Below are positions 1 through 10,700 of a stretch of DNA of 64,000 nucleotides, in pieces. The stretch's first letter is position 1. Every line of letters begins with the position of its first letter. The stretch is from contig CAWDKY010000030.1 in NCBI GenBank assembly GCA_963802945.1, positions 32,001 to 96,000 of the forward strand, read 5' to 3'. This stretch comes from an uncultured delta proteobacterium. Its GTDB lineage: Bacteria > Desulfobacterota > RBG-13-43-22. The notes under the pieces were generated by a model. That model was not told the origin of the DNA. It did not search any database and saw nothing but the letters and a program-made list of their open reading frames with translations. Position numbers and translations under genes: made by a program.

Positions 1-158
1 ATATCTTTTTTATTAAAAATAGAATTTAATGGTTTTAGCGGGTTATCCTTAATTACCCCACCCCTTGCCTCCTTGAATCTTTCCGTCATCGTCAACGTTT
101 TTGAGATGATTTTAAGATTTTTCTGAGGCCACTTTTTTAATATAAAAAACACTATTCC

Positions 159-174
159 GTCACGGTTTTGTCAT
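159..174 (+). promoter_or_regulatory. Pho-box-like direct repeat
   Basis: GTCAC-GGTTTT-GTCAT (11-bp period), followed by TTTAAT at 186-191; homologous to the 8179 box. Confidence 0.7.
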
Positions 175-198
175 ATTTTTGGGTTTTTAATGTGACCC

Positions 199-320
199 AT
201 GAAAACGACTGAAGGATTTTTGGAAAAATTATACATTTTTACCAAAAGAGAAAAGATGTTGTTCGTTTCCGCTGTTTCGACTATCATGTTTGTAAAAGAT
301 ACCTAAAAACAAACGGTAGC
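199..320 (+). pseudogene. Internally deleted copy of the zinc-ribbon gene at 8217
   Basis: atgaaaacgactgaaggattt matches atgaaaaaagcagaaggattc (8217); ttttaccaaaagagaaaagatgttgttcgtttccgctgtt matches 8408-8448; the middle of the gene is missing. Confidence 0.7.
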
Positions 321-403
321 TTCGAAAAATCAACTGCATTATCCCATTTCGGATAATCCAGATCTCTTAAAATTTTGATAACATATATCGTCCGATAAAG
401 AAC

Positions 404-1021
404 ATGAAACCTCTTTTGTATATAATGATTATTGCGTTAGTGAATAACCTGGATAATATCGGAGCCAGAATTGCGTATAGCATTCGAGGAATAAAAATAA
501 ATATTCCGATAAATCTTTGGATTGCTGTAATTACCTTTATTATTTCTGGGTTTGCTGCTTTCTCAGGTACTCTGATAACAGGGGTTTTAAGTAAACAATG
601 GGCCTCGGTTATAAGCATGTTGCTTCTTACCGCTATTGGTTTATGGATTATAGTAGAGCCTTACATGAAAAGAAGCAGCAGTTTTCTTAAGGCGTTTCAA
701 CAGGAAAGTGGAGCAAGTATCTGGCATATTATGATGAAGCCCGAAAAGGCGGATAAGGATGACTCCAAACATCTTGATTTTAAGGAAGCAACGGTGCTGG
801 GCATTGCTCTATCCATAAACAATATAGGTGGTGGATTAGGCGCCGGGATGATCGGTTTAAATTCATTTTGGGTGGGATTTTTTTCGGCCGTGATCAGTTT
901 TCTTGCTCTTTGGGGAGGTAATTATATTACCGATTACTTTACAAGGTGGAATATAGGTAACAAGGCAACAGTCATAGCAGGTCTTGTTTTAATTGCAATC
1001 GGCCTAGAACAGATCCTATAA
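404..1021 (+). CDS. YtaF/MntP-family membrane protein (putative Mn efflux)
   Basis: NNLDNIG and ALSINNIGGG repeat motifs, about 6 TM helices, ends GLVLIAIG. Confidence 0.8.
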   Translation: MKPLLYIMIIALVNNLDNIGARIAYSIRGIKINIPINLWIAVITFIISGFAAFSGTLITGVLSKQWASVISMLLLTAIGLWIIVEPYMKRSSSFLKAFQQESGASIWHIMMKPEKADKDDSKHLDFKEATVLGIALSINNIGGGLGAGMIGLNSFWVGFFSAVISFLALWGGNYITDYFTRWNIGNKATVIAGLVLIAIGLEQIL

Positions 1022-1907
1022 TCTTGCTGGAAAATATTATTCGGTAAATCTTAGCCTAAGAGAAGCATTCTTGTTAATCTTGTATTGATCTTCAATAACT
1101 TGAGGGAACAAAAGCAAAAAGTGAAAACACCGTGACATGCTTCCAACTGTTAGACATACCACCCTTATGCATCCTGACCTTCTCTTATCTCAAACGGTCC
1201 AGGGATCATGGAAACCCTGAAATCTTAGTCAAAGACTTCCTCATAGAATAGAAGCAGGAAATTCAACGGGTCTATTTGAAGTCAAGAGGATTTCGAATGT
1301 TCGCTATTTATATTGATTACTATTAAACTCTTCTGTTTTATTCAAAATGAAAGTTTGAGGAGGAAGCTATATGTAGCAAAAGAGATTGGCCCATAAAAGG
1401 CCTAACGGTCATTATCTAATCTGTTTTTTCTCAAGAAAAGAGGATGAGAAATGACCAAGGCACAGCCGATCTATAATAAGAGCCTTAACAGGGACAGGGA
1501 GTGTATTTCCCCAACTTTACCGCCTGGATTAGTGAATGAACTTAAAACAGTAAAAATAATCCTTAACGGGAAAATTTCCTGCCGCTCAGTGTAAAGAGTT
1601 TCAATTGACGTCTGGTTTTTAAGCAAAAGTTAAATCCATAACTTATAAAAGTGATTAATGCGTCATTAAACGGACAAAATTCCCTCCTAAGATAAATTTT
1701 AATTATTATAACCCTATCCTACGTGAATTGTGCGTTATTGAATTAATATGGGCGGAAAAAAACCATGAAGGCGCCGGTAAAAATTCTTCACCTTGATGTT
1801 GATTATATGCGGATTCCAGTTCAAAGTGCACCACTGAGAGTTTGATAAAAGACCTTGTGGGTATCTGCTGCAACATCGTGGATTCAGAATCAAGACGAAA
1901 CCGGACG

Positions 1908-3023
1908 CTATGGGCGTTCCAGTGGTCCGACTGTATTGAGTGCTGATAGGGTTTTCTCCGTGACATTGTCCGGCAGCCGGACGTATCCAAGCTGAGGGGC
2001 GTATTTCTGGCCTTCCTGCAGGCACCATTGGAATAGATCTCGGATGGACTTGGCTATTATGGGGTCCGGGTAATGCTTGTAGAGCAGGATCCAGCTAAAG
2101 GTGACGATAGGGTAGGAATCCGGTCCGGTTGGATCCGGGATGAAGACTCGCAGGTTCTCAGGCATTTCGGCCGTAGCTAAGGCGATTGTGCAACTCTGCT
2201 CCGTAGGCTTGACGAATTTCCCTTCCTTGTTTTCGAGAACTGCCGATTTCAGCCCCAGTTTGTGAGCGAACTCATAACTCACATAGCCGATTGAGCCGAT
2301 GGACTGGTTGATCCGTGCGGCGACGCCCTCATTGCCTTTGGCCCGCATGGCGTTACCGGGCCAATTCACCAGAGTGGCCGGACCATGCTGAGAACGCCAC
2401 TTTTCGCTGACAGCGTCGAGGTGTTTAGTAAAGGCATAGGTCGTGCCGCTACTGTCCTGACGCACGACAGTGGCGATGGAAAGCTTCGGGAGCTTTAGGC
2501 CCGGATTAGTCCTGGCAATGGCCGGGTCGTTCCAATTCTTGATCTCCCCTTGAAATATACCGGTATAAGCCTTACGTGAGAGCTTGAGATCCTCCGTCAG
2601 GTCGGGGAGGTTGTAAGCGAGTACTACACTACCGGCCGTGAGGGGCAACAAGACCACGCCGGTGGAGACCTTCCCCATATCCTCGTCCTTCATGGCGGCA
2701 TCGCTGGCCCCGAAATCCACCCGCTCCTCTTCTTTGACATTCTTCCCGATGAACCGCCGGATGCCTTCTCCACTGCCGACGCCGTCGTAGGTGATGACCG
2801 TCTTGGGGTGATCATTATGATAGACCTCAAACCAGCGTTTGTAGAGCCAGGAAGGAAAGGTAGCCCCGGCGCCACGCAAAAGAACACCGCCGGATGGGAC
2901 TTTAACCTTCTCTTTATTGCCATCCTGCGAAGAGCAGCCATGAAGACCCATCAGAAGAACTAAGATGGCCGTCAAAAGCACAGTACCTCTCAAAACCGTA
3001 TATATCGCTTTATAGACTCGCAT
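1908..3023 (-). CDS. pstS: Phosphate ABC substrate-binding lipoprotein PstS (second copy in operon 1)
   Basis: GAGATFP, GSGEG, DFGASD, RQDSSGTT, YPIVTFSW; lipobox-like LHGC. Confidence 0.95.
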   Translation of the reverse strand: MRVYKAIYTVLRGTVLLTAILVLLMGLHGCSSQDGNKEKVKVPSGGVLLRGAGATFPSWLYKRWFEVYHNDHPKTVITYDGVGSGEGIRRFIGKNVKEEERVDFGASDAAMKDEDMGKVSTGVVLLPLTAGSVVLAYNLPDLTEDLKLSRKAYTGIFQGEIKNWNDPAIARTNPGLKLPKLSIATVVRQDSSGTTYAFTKHLDAVSEKWRSQHGPATLVNWPGNAMRAKGNEGVAARINQSIGSIGYVSYEFAHKLGLKSAVLENKEGKFVKPTEQSCTIALATAEMPENLRVFIPDPTGPDSYPIVTFSWILLYKHYPDPIIAKSIRDLFQWCLQEGQKYAPQLGYVRLPDNVTEKTLSALNTVGPLERP

Positions 3024-3150
3024 AGTGTTTTCTCTCTTCTTTGGATAAGAATATCAACCCCACTCCTGTTGGCCTTGACAAATGCTGAAGAACACCCGGC
3101 GGGGAGAAGCGGTGACCCGCCGGGGCTTCAGGGCGCGCAGAAGTTGCTCG

Positions 3151-4005
3151 TTAGCTGAACTGACCCTTGATATAGTCTTTGGTGTACTGTTCTTTGGGAT
3201 CATGAAATATTTGTTCGGATTGGCCGAATTCAACCAGGTAACCGCACCTGCCGCCGTCCGAGGTGTCTACATACATGAACCCGGTGTTATCGGCGACACG
3301 CTGCGCCTGCTGCAGGTTATGAGTGACAATGGCAATCGTGTAGCGGGTCTTCAGTTCGACCATGAGTTCTTCGATCTTGCGGGTGGCGATAGGGTCGAGG
3401 GCCGAGCAGGGCTCATCCATGAGGAGCACTTCCGGTTCCGTGGCGATGGCCCTGGCAATACAGAGTCGCTGCTGCTGACCTCCGGATAGCGAAAGACCGC
3501 TCTTGTGCAGTTTGTCCTTGACTTCATCCCACAGCACGGCGCGTTTCAAAGCCTCTTCCACCTTTTCAGCGACCGGCCCCTTATAGCGGTTCAGCCTCAA
3601 GCCGAAGGCCACGTTATGATAAACGCTCATGGCGAATGGGTTAGGCTGTTGAAAGACCATGCCGATAAAGCGCCGCACCGCAGTGGCATCTACGGACGGG
3701 TGATAGATATCCTGGCCTCGAAAGTGCACATGACCTTTGAACCGAAAACCCCTCACCAGGTCGTTCATCCGATTCAGGCAGCGTAAAACCGTGCTTTTCC
3801 CGCACCCTGACGGTCCGATAAAGGCCGTGATTCTATTCTTCTTGACCGGAATAGAGGTGTCTCTAACGGCCTTGAAGGTGCTGTAGTAAAGCTCTTTTAT
3901 ATTGCAGTCGATGACAAAGCCATCACTCTCGGTCGCTTTGACCGACCCTTCTGAGGGTTCAGTCCGGCCGTTCGATGGTTCGTCTTTCTTGGTTGCAGTT
4001 TTCAT
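3151..4005 (-). CDS. pstB: Phosphate ABC ATPase
   Basis: [37 protein letters not shown]. Confidence 0.97.
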   Translation of the reverse strand: MKTATKKDEPSNGRTEPSEGSVKATESDGFVIDCNIKELYYSTFKAVRDTSIPVKKNRITAFIGPSGCGKSTVLRCLNRMNDLVRGFRFKGHVHFRGQDIYHPSVDATAVRRFIGMVFQQPNPFAMSVYHNVAFGLRLNRYKGPVAEKVEEALKRAVLWDEVKDKLHKSGLSLSGGQQQRLCIARAIATEPEVLLMDEPCSALDPIATRKIEELMVELKTRYTIAIVTHNLQQAQRVADNTGFMYVDTSDGGRCGYLVEFGQSEQIFHDPKEQYTKDYIKGQFS

Positions 4006-4017
4006 GTCTTGTTTCTC

Positions 4018-4980
4018 CTATTCGTAAATCTGGCGGCGTGAAAAGGCTTGCCCAATAAGATTGGTGGCCAACACCAGCAATACGAGCACCAGTGCGGCGA
4101 CCCAGGCCAGTTCCACCTGATTCTCAAAGGGCATACTGGCGAAGTTGTAGATGAGCACCGCTAACGACGCCGTCGGTTGTTTAAGGTCGAATCCTCCTCG
4201 GAAAAGCCAGTAGTTGCTGAAAAGGGCCGTGAAAAGTAACGGCGCCGTTTCGCCGGCGGCGCGAGCTATGGCTAACATGATGCCGGTGAGAATACCGGGC
4301 ATGGCTGTGGGCAGAAGGACCATCCAGGTGGTCTGCGTGGGAGTCGCTCCCATCCCGATTGAGGCTTCCCGCATTTTCGCCGGGACCATACGAATGGCGT
4401 CTTCAGCGGTCAGCATGATGGTCGGCAGCATCAGAATAGAAAGGGCGACACCCCCGGCGATCGCCGAGTAACCGCCGAAAGTCAACACCAGGACGCCGTA
4501 AGCGAACACACCGGCCAGGATAGATGGAAATCCGGTGAGGACCTTGGCCGCGAACCTGACCGCACCGGCCAGCGGGCTCTCCGATCTGGACTGGGCCAAA
4601 TAGACAGCGCTCAGAATACCGATGGGAATACTAATCAAGGCTGCGAGGACGACCATGATCAGTGTGCCGAGTATGGCGTTACCGAACCCTCCGCCTTGCT
4701 CCATGGGCGCGGGAGGCAGTTGAGTGAAGACGTCGAAGCTGAGCCGCTGACCGCCACGCCATAACAGCATCAAGACCACGGAGAACAGAGGGATCAGGGC
4801 CAGCAATGTCATTGCCGATACCAGCGAACTCAAAAGCAGGTCAATTAACGTACGGGGTCGCCGGAGAGACTTCTCCAGCTCTGAGAAGTTTACGTCCGCA
4901 AACAGGTCGACCTCAGGCCCAACGAGACCGGGGGGAACAGGTGTGACTCCCGGATTCGTGACGGTATCCGGTAAGGTCAT
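4018..4980 (-). CDS. pstA: Phosphate ABC permease PstA
   Basis: [14 protein letters not shown] motif, operon position. Confidence 0.95.
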   Translation of the reverse strand: MTLPDTVTNPGVTPVPPGLVGPEVDLFADVNFSELEKSLRRPRTLIDLLLSSLVSAMTLLALIPLFSVVLMLLWRGGQRLSFDVFTQLPPAPMEQGGGFGNAILGTLIMVVLAALISIPIGILSAVYLAQSRSESPLAGAVRFAAKVLTGFPSILAGVFAYGVLVLTFGGYSAIAGGVALSILMLPTIMLTAEDAIRMVPAKMREASIGMGATPTQTTWMVLLPTAMPGILTGIMLAIARAAGETAPLLFTALFSNYWLFRGGFDLKQPTASLAVLIYNFASMPFENQVELAWVAALVLVLLVLATNLIGQAFSRRQIYE

Positions 4981-5999
4981 TATTTTCCTCCTTCCTGTCC
5001 GGCTGAGGCCCGTTGAAGAATGACCGAACCAACGATATTGACAAACAGTGTAATCGCCAGGAGGACCAGTGCGGCATACATCAGCACACCCACGTCCTTT
5101 TTGGCCGCTTCAGGAAAATTGTTGGCCAGGAGCGCCGCCAGAGTGTTGGCTGGTGAAAACAAAGAAACACTGATACGGTTGGCATTACCAACGAGCATGG
5201 CCAGGGCCATTGTCTCCCCTAAAGCACGTCCAAAGGCCAGGATCACTGCCCCGACAATACCACGCGAAGCGGTAGGGAGAATAACCGCCAGAATGGTCTC
5301 CCAACGTGTTGCGCCCATGCCGTAGGCAGCCATCCGAAGCTTTGAAGGTACCGAAACCAGGACGTCACGGCTGATAGCCGTAATGGTTGGAAGAATCATG
5401 ATCGATAGGACAAGAACGGCCGGAAGCACCCCAGGCCCGGTCAATGTGGTGCCGAAGAGGGGGATCCATCCGAGTTTCAAGTTGAGCCAGTTGCAGGCCG
5501 GCCGTATAAGCGGGATGATCACATACAAACCCCATAACCCGTAAACGACGCTGGGGATGGCAGCCAGCAGTTCGATCAAGTTCTTAAGCAGGGCCTCCAC
5601 CCGGTCGGGCAGTTTACCCAGCTTCGGATGGAACTGAAGTCCGAAAGCCTTCAAGGCTCGAAATACACTTTGGGCGAGGAACCCTTCGCTGAGGAAAATG
5701 GCTGCGGCCACACCGAAGGCCGTACCTATGAGCAAGGCCAGGAAAGAGGTGTAGAGTGTCCCAAAGATTTCCGGTAGGATCCCGAACTGTCCTGTGTTGG
5801 GGTCCCAGGTGGTACCGGTTAGAAATCCAAACCCGAACTTCCGCATTGCGGGCACGGCATTCATAACGATCTCCAGCACAATGAATGCCACTATGAGGAC
5901 CGACAGCCAGGCGAACCCGTAGCACAGCCAACGAAAAGAGGTATCCGCTATCTGTTGGGAACGGGTCGGTGGCCGTGAGATCTGTTCTATATCAAACAT
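4980..5999 (-). CDS. pstC: Phosphate ABC permease PstC
   Basis: ELLAAIPSVVYGLWG, GRALGETMA. Confidence 0.95.
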   Translation of the reverse strand: MFDIEQISRPPTRSQQIADTSFRWLCYGFAWLSVLIVAFIVLEIVMNAVPAMRKFGFGFLTGTTWDPNTGQFGILPEIFGTLYTSFLALLIGTAFGVAAAIFLSEGFLAQSVFRALKAFGLQFHPKLGKLPDRVEALLKNLIELLAAIPSVVYGLWGLYVIIPLIRPACNWLNLKLGWIPLFGTTLTGPGVLPAVLVLSIMILPTITAISRDVLVSVPSKLRMAAYGMGATRWETILAVILPTASRGIVGAVILAFGRALGETMALAMLVGNANRISVSLFSPANTLAALLANNFPEAAKKDVGVLMYAALVLLAITLFVNIVGSVILQRASAGQEGGK

Positions 6000-6102
6000 G
6001 ATTGCACCTTCTTCAGTCGCCCCCTGCCTGGGAGCCGCCCTTGTTATTCTTTTACATACTCAATATCGGTCTGCGCTTGCAATGCCAGTTGACGCCCGGC
6101 TG

Positions 6103-7125
6103 TTACTTAATGTTCTGGAGGGCAGCAAGCACCTTTTCGCTTACAGGCTTCGGCAGCGGGATGTATCCAAGAGGCTCAGCATCCTTCTGCCCTTCGGTCA
6201 GGACATATTTCAAAAGGTCGTGGAGTACCGCGGTTTTCTTTTTGTCCGGGTAGTTCTTGTAAAGAACAAGCCAGGTATATGTGACAATAGGATAGGCATC
6301 CTTGGCCTCAGGATCGGAGATCCAGGCAATCAGATCGTTGGGTATCTTGGCCGAAGCCAAAGCTGCCTGACCGGAGGCCGGAGTCGCCGTGATGTACTTA
6401 CCGGACTTATTCTCCAGGATGACTGTGGAGAGCTTTTGGCTCTTGGCATAGCCGTACTCAACGTAGCCGATGGACCCTGGCGTGGTCTTGATACTGGCAG
6501 TGACTCCTTCATTGCCCTTGGAACGGGTTCCCGCCGGCCAGTTCGGCATCTTATTGGTGCCGGGGCTCTTGGCGAAGTCCGGACTGATGACACTCAGATG
6601 CTTGGTGAATACGTAGGTCGTACCGCTGCTGTCGGCTCGCACGATCAAGTTAATTGGCGCGTCGGGAAGTTTAACCCCGGGGTTGGTATGGGCGATCAAA
6701 GGATCGTTCCACTTTTTGATCTTGCCCAAAAAGATGTCGGCGTAGGCCTTCCGCGACAATTTCAACTCAGTCACGCCCGCTATATTATAGGCCAGCACGA
6801 TGCTGCCGGCGGTCACAGGGAGACACTGCACCCCGGCTGCGACCTGAGACATCTCCTCCGGCGTCATAGCGGCGTCACTGGCGCCAAAGTCCACGGTTTT
6901 GTCCATGAAGCTCTTAACCCCGCTACCGCTGCCGACCGATTGGTAGTCGATCTGTACATTATTGTGTGACCCGCTGTAGGTTTTGAACCATTTGAAGTAA
7001 AGCGGGGCAGGAAAACTTGCCCCTGCACCCTGCAACTTGACGAGATCGGCGGCTTGGCCCCAGGCGGTGAAATCCAAGACAATTACCGCAACCCAAATAA
7101 TCGAACTCCAACGAGCAAACTTCAT
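6103..7125 (-). CDS. pstS: Phosphate ABC substrate-binding protein PstS
   Basis: GAGASFP, YQSVGSGSG, DFGASD, RADSSGTT; ATG 7125 follows an AAGGAG RBS. Confidence 0.96.
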   Translation of the reverse strand: MKFARWSSIIWVAVIVLDFTAWGQAADLVKLQGAGASFPAPLYFKWFKTYSGSHNNVQIDYQSVGSGSGVKSFMDKTVDFGASDAAMTPEEMSQVAAGVQCLPVTAGSIVLAYNIAGVTELKLSRKAYADIFLGKIKKWNDPLIAHTNPGVKLPDAPINLIVRADSSGTTYVFTKHLSVISPDFAKSPGTNKMPNWPAGTRSKGNEGVTASIKTTPGSIGYVEYGYAKSQKLSTVILENKSGKYITATPASGQAALASAKIPNDLIAWISDPEAKDAYPIVTYTWLVLYKNYPDKKKTAVLHDLLKYVLTEGQKDAEPLGYIPLPKPVSEKVLAALQNIK

Positions 7126-7301
7126 GTCAATTCTCCTTTCATATGGCTCTGTCAATAATAGTGATTTGCGTGCCTATCATAAATAATCAGTATGGCTGTC
7201 GTGCTCGTGGCCCGAGCAGCGGTTAAACAATTTTTCATAAACACCGCATCCTGAAGAAAAGCTAATCACCTTTCCCAACTTATTTAAATATCATACCCAT
7301 T

Positions 7302-7328
7302 GTTAAGACAATGTTACGGCTGCGTGAA
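7302..7328 (-). promoter_or_regulatory. Pho-box-like triple repeat upstream of pst operon 1
   Basis: Minus strand TTCAC-N6-GTAAC-N6-TTAAC. Confidence 0.7.
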
Positions 7329-7490
7329 ATCTTTGTGTCCTCTCCTGTCATCTCATTTTTCGACTGGGTGATTCCGGTCTAACCAACCCGCATAAGACCC
7401 CCAGGCGCTTAAGATAGCGGTGGGATTTTAGGAAAAAATGAAGACAGCCGATTAATCGGCCTTCAAAAAAATAAGAAAAAAGGGCGGGGC

Positions 7491-7862
7491 TTATACCAGG
7501 ATCGATAAAATCGAAAGAGGGGTCCCTTCCAGGGCCAGGCCGACAAAGGAGCCGATTACGGCATCCCAGAGCAATTTCCCAACCCTGGAGGCGGCACTGT
7601 GGATATATTGGTCGTTGGTCATGGCCTTGTCTGTTTTAAAATAACCGGCATTTTCCAATAGGTTTATGATCGATTGCTCGCTGACGGTCTTATGATCATA
7701 ATTGACCACGACACTCCCGGTCAACGGGTTGACCGAGGTCTTGGTGACTCCGGCAGATCTATTCAACAGAAATTCCACATCAGAGGCTTTTTCCTGATTT
7801 CCTTTAACCAAAGGGGACTTAATTCTTAACCTGCCGGGTATGCTGTGCATATAATAGCTCAT
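7491..7862 (-). CDS. HMA2-like (heavy-metal-associated fold) small protein
   Basis: HSIPGRLRIK...GV..TSVNPLTGSVVVNYD pattern; GGAGG RBS. Confidence 0.8.
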   Translation of the reverse strand: MSYYMHSIPGRLRIKSPLVKGNQEKASDVEFLLNRSAGVTKTSVNPLTGSVVVNYDHKTVSEQSIINLLENAGYFKTDKAMTNDQYIHSAASRVGKLLWDAVIGSFVGLALEGTPLSILSILV

Positions 7863-7933
7863 TTAATTCCTCCTCTTAAAACCGCGCTTGAATAAGTAGG
7901 ATAAAATCTTCTTTCATCATTTTCATGGTTAGG

Positions 7934-7965
7934 AAGATAATCCCTTTTTGTGACAATTTAATGAC
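7934..7965 (-). promoter_or_regulatory. Pho box with -10 element
   Basis: Minus strand GTCAT-TAAATT-GTCAC, near the E. coli PhoB consensus; TATCTT exactly 10 bp downstream. Confidence 0.8.
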
Positions 7966-8178
7966 GGCAACATATCTTTTTTATTAAAAAAAGGGGGGCT
8001 TCTCCCAATTAATTGGGGCCAAGGGATCAAGAATTTGAAGATTCGAGTGGTCGTTCTTTTAATTCCAGTGGCCTTTCCCTTGAATCCAGTACCCTCGGCT
8101 TTTTGAATTCTTGCCTGTTTTTGATGCTTCGAGTCAATCAACAGGGGCCTGAAAGTTTAATAGAAATACTACGATTTC

Positions 8179-8210
8179 GTCACGGTTTTGTAATATTTCT
8201 GGGTTCTAAT
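8179..8210 (+). promoter_or_regulatory. Pho box with -10 element
   Basis: GTCAC-GGTTTT-GTAAT, 10 bp, TCTAAT. Confidence 0.75.
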
Positions 8211-8216
8211 GGTACC

Positions 8217-8525
8217 ATGAAAAAAGCAGAAGGATTCGTGGTGGGATGTCCGGATTGCGGAAACGATGCTTTATATCGATACGGCCGGATATGGACAGGC
8301 AGGCAACGCTATGTTTGTCTTTTGTGCGGAAGGCAATTCACCCTTGGTTCAACTCGAAAAGAATGGAAGAATAAACCGACTTGTCCTTGCTGTGGAAAGC
8401 AAATGTATTTTTACCATAAGGGAAAGGATGTTATTCGTTTCCGCTGTTCCAACTATCCGGACTGCAAACAATACGTCAAAATCAAAATCGCAACCAAGAA
8501 CGAAAGCCTTTTATTTTCGGAATAG
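8217..8525 (+). CDS. Double zinc-ribbon protein (InsA-like ribbon plus topoisomerase-C4-like ribbon)
   Basis: CPDC...YG...GRQRYVCLLC, then CPCCG...FRCSNYPDC; true start ATG 8217 inside track ORF 8013-8525. Confidence 0.75.
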   Translation: MKKAEGFVVGCPDCGNDALYRYGRIWTGRQRYVCLLCGRQFTLGSTRKEWKNKPTCPCCGKQMYFYHKGKDVIRFRCSNYPDCKQYVKIKIATKNESLLFSE

Positions 8526-9184
8526 GAAATCAAACATTAACAATTTTTCAGAAATGAGGAAGCAAATGAAAAATAAGCGTTTAAAAGTCATTCATCAAAA
8601 GAATAAAAAGATGGTTATTTTTAGGCCCCAGGACTGTTTAAACTACATAAAACCAAACCGGAACTTTTTTCTGAAAGATTCTTTTCATCCTGGAGATCTT
8701 CAGTCGGAATCTAAAGGCAACGATGATGAAATGAGAGAACGATATAGAAGCTAATTTGGAATAATCAATCACTCTTTTAAATTTTTGTTTGAGAATTTCC
8801 CTCGGGGTTCTTTTAATGACGGACCTATGTAGAAAAACAACCCCAATCCTGTAATCAAAAACCTAAAGATCAATGATTCATTCACCCGAATTTTTCAAGT
8901 CGATATTTCTTTTATTCTTTACTAAAAATTATTTCAACTCAGGTATGATAATCAACCAGATCCCCCTCCAGCTTGAGTTTAAGAGTTTCCTCAATCATTT
9001 TTCCTGTTGTCCCGGTACAAATCAGCTTGTGTTTTATTTCAGGAGAGGATAGTGACTAATGAGAAATATTTTTCGTAGGCACGGGAAAAGGGAAACCCCT
9101 GGTAACAAAACAATCTTTCAATTGTCCTGTCGAGACGGTATAATAAAATTTCAACGGGTATAAACTTATTCGGAGGGGAATGAT

Positions 9185-10549
9185 ATGTCTCATTTGTTGA
9201 TCATTGGAGGGAGCGACGCCGGGATAAATGCGGCCCTTCGGGCCCGGGAAATGGATCCTTCAATGGATATCAGCGTTCTGGTTGCCAACAGCTTTCCAAA
9301 TTATAGCATTTGTGGCCTCCCTTTTTATCTTAGCGGTGAGGTGCCGGAATGGTAGACTCTGGCCCATCGAACAATTGAAGAGATTGAAAGGCAGGCAATC
9401 CATCTTCTGCTGGACCACCTGGCCTTAGCTATTGATCCCGAAAATAAAATAGTAACGGCCGAGAACAAAGAGGCCCAAACCCGCTCGTTCAACTATGACA
9501 AGCTGATTATTGCCACTGGCGCAGTCTCGATACGGCCGCCCACCTCCGGGATGGACTTTCCTGGCGTTTTCGCTCTGCGTTGGATGGAGGATGGCTTTTT
9601 TATAGAGAGGTACATGAGTGAGCATCATCCGGAGTCAGTGATTATTCTCGGATCGGGTTATATCGGCCTGGAGATGGCCGATGCCTTGACCCGTAAGGGC
9701 CTGACCGTGACCATGCTGAATCGTTCAGGCCGTATTTTGACCGGCCTGGATACGAAACTGGGTGAGATTATTCGAACGGAGCTTTCAAAACATGGCGTTA
9801 GAATAGTTGACCGAGTTGACATTACCGCTATTGAAAAAAAGAATCAAAAGTTGATAGTAAGAAACAGTCAGGATCTTGCTCTTGAATCCGATATGGTCCT
9901 CGTGGCCACGGGTATTACACCGGAGACTGCCCTGGCCGGAAAGGCCGGAGTGTTAACCGGAATTCACCGGGCCATCCGGGTCAACCGGGCCATGGAAACA
10001 AACATCAAAGATATTTACGCCGCCGGCGACTGCGTAGAAACCTGGCATCGCCTGTTGAATAAATACGCTTATCTTCCTCTGGGAACCACGGCCCACAAAC
10101 AAGGGCGCATTGTCGGCGAAAATGTTGCCGGCGGATCTCAAGAATTTGCCGGGACCCTAGGAACACAGGTTGTCAAAATCTTTGACCTGGTGGTTGCCCG
10201 CACCGGGTTGCTTGATAAAGAAGCTTTAGAGGCGGGCTTTGATCCTCTGACTGTTGAACTGGAGTCCTGGGACCACAAAGTCTATTATCCCGGTTCATCC
10301 CTTTTGCATATTTGTCTAACCGGGGATCGAAAAACAAACCGATTGTTAGGGGCCCAGATGATCGGGTCTTATGGAGCAGAGGTCTCCAAACGCATCGATA
10401 TTTTGGCCACCGCCCTATTCAATGAGATGACCGTTGAATCGCTAAACCATCTTGATCTAAGCTATACCCCTCCACTGAGCAGTCCCTGGGATCCTGTCCA
10501 ACTGATTGCCCAGGCCTGGGCCTTGGAACATAAACACGCCAGGATCTAG
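9185..10549 (+). CDS. CoA-disulfide reductase/NADH oxidase-family flavoprotein with one in-frame TAG (9353-9355)
   Basis: MSHLLIIGGSDAG, YSICGLP, GSGYIGLE, YAAGDC, DLSYTPP; 9185 is in frame with track ORF 9551. Confidence 0.85.
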
Positions 10550-10571
10550 CGGGCTTTTTCTGCTCGCCCTT

Positions 10572-10610
10572 CAGTGAAGAAACCCGCGGGTCTCGCGGGT
10601 TTCCTCACTG
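10572..10610. terminator. Hairpin between convergent genes
   Basis: CAGTGAAGAAACCCGCG / CGCGGGTTTCCTCACTG inverted repeat. Confidence 0.65.
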
Positions 10611-10700
10611 TACGGCCTTTTGAATGTTATTACTTAATTGCCCGTTCGGATACGTACTATAACGATCGAATCAGACGATCAATAAATCCGTCCTAACAGA

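Noticed and set aside
1021-1900. Short ORFs in an AT-rich spacer
   Set aside because: No recognisable motifs or supporting context
5998-6969. 323-aa plus-strand ORF
   Set aside because: Antisense shadow of pstS; no motifs
8013-8754. IS1 element (InsA plus overlapping ORF 8266-8754 as InsB)
   Set aside because: No DDE-like ORF or terminal repeats; the overlapping ORF has no recognisable motifs
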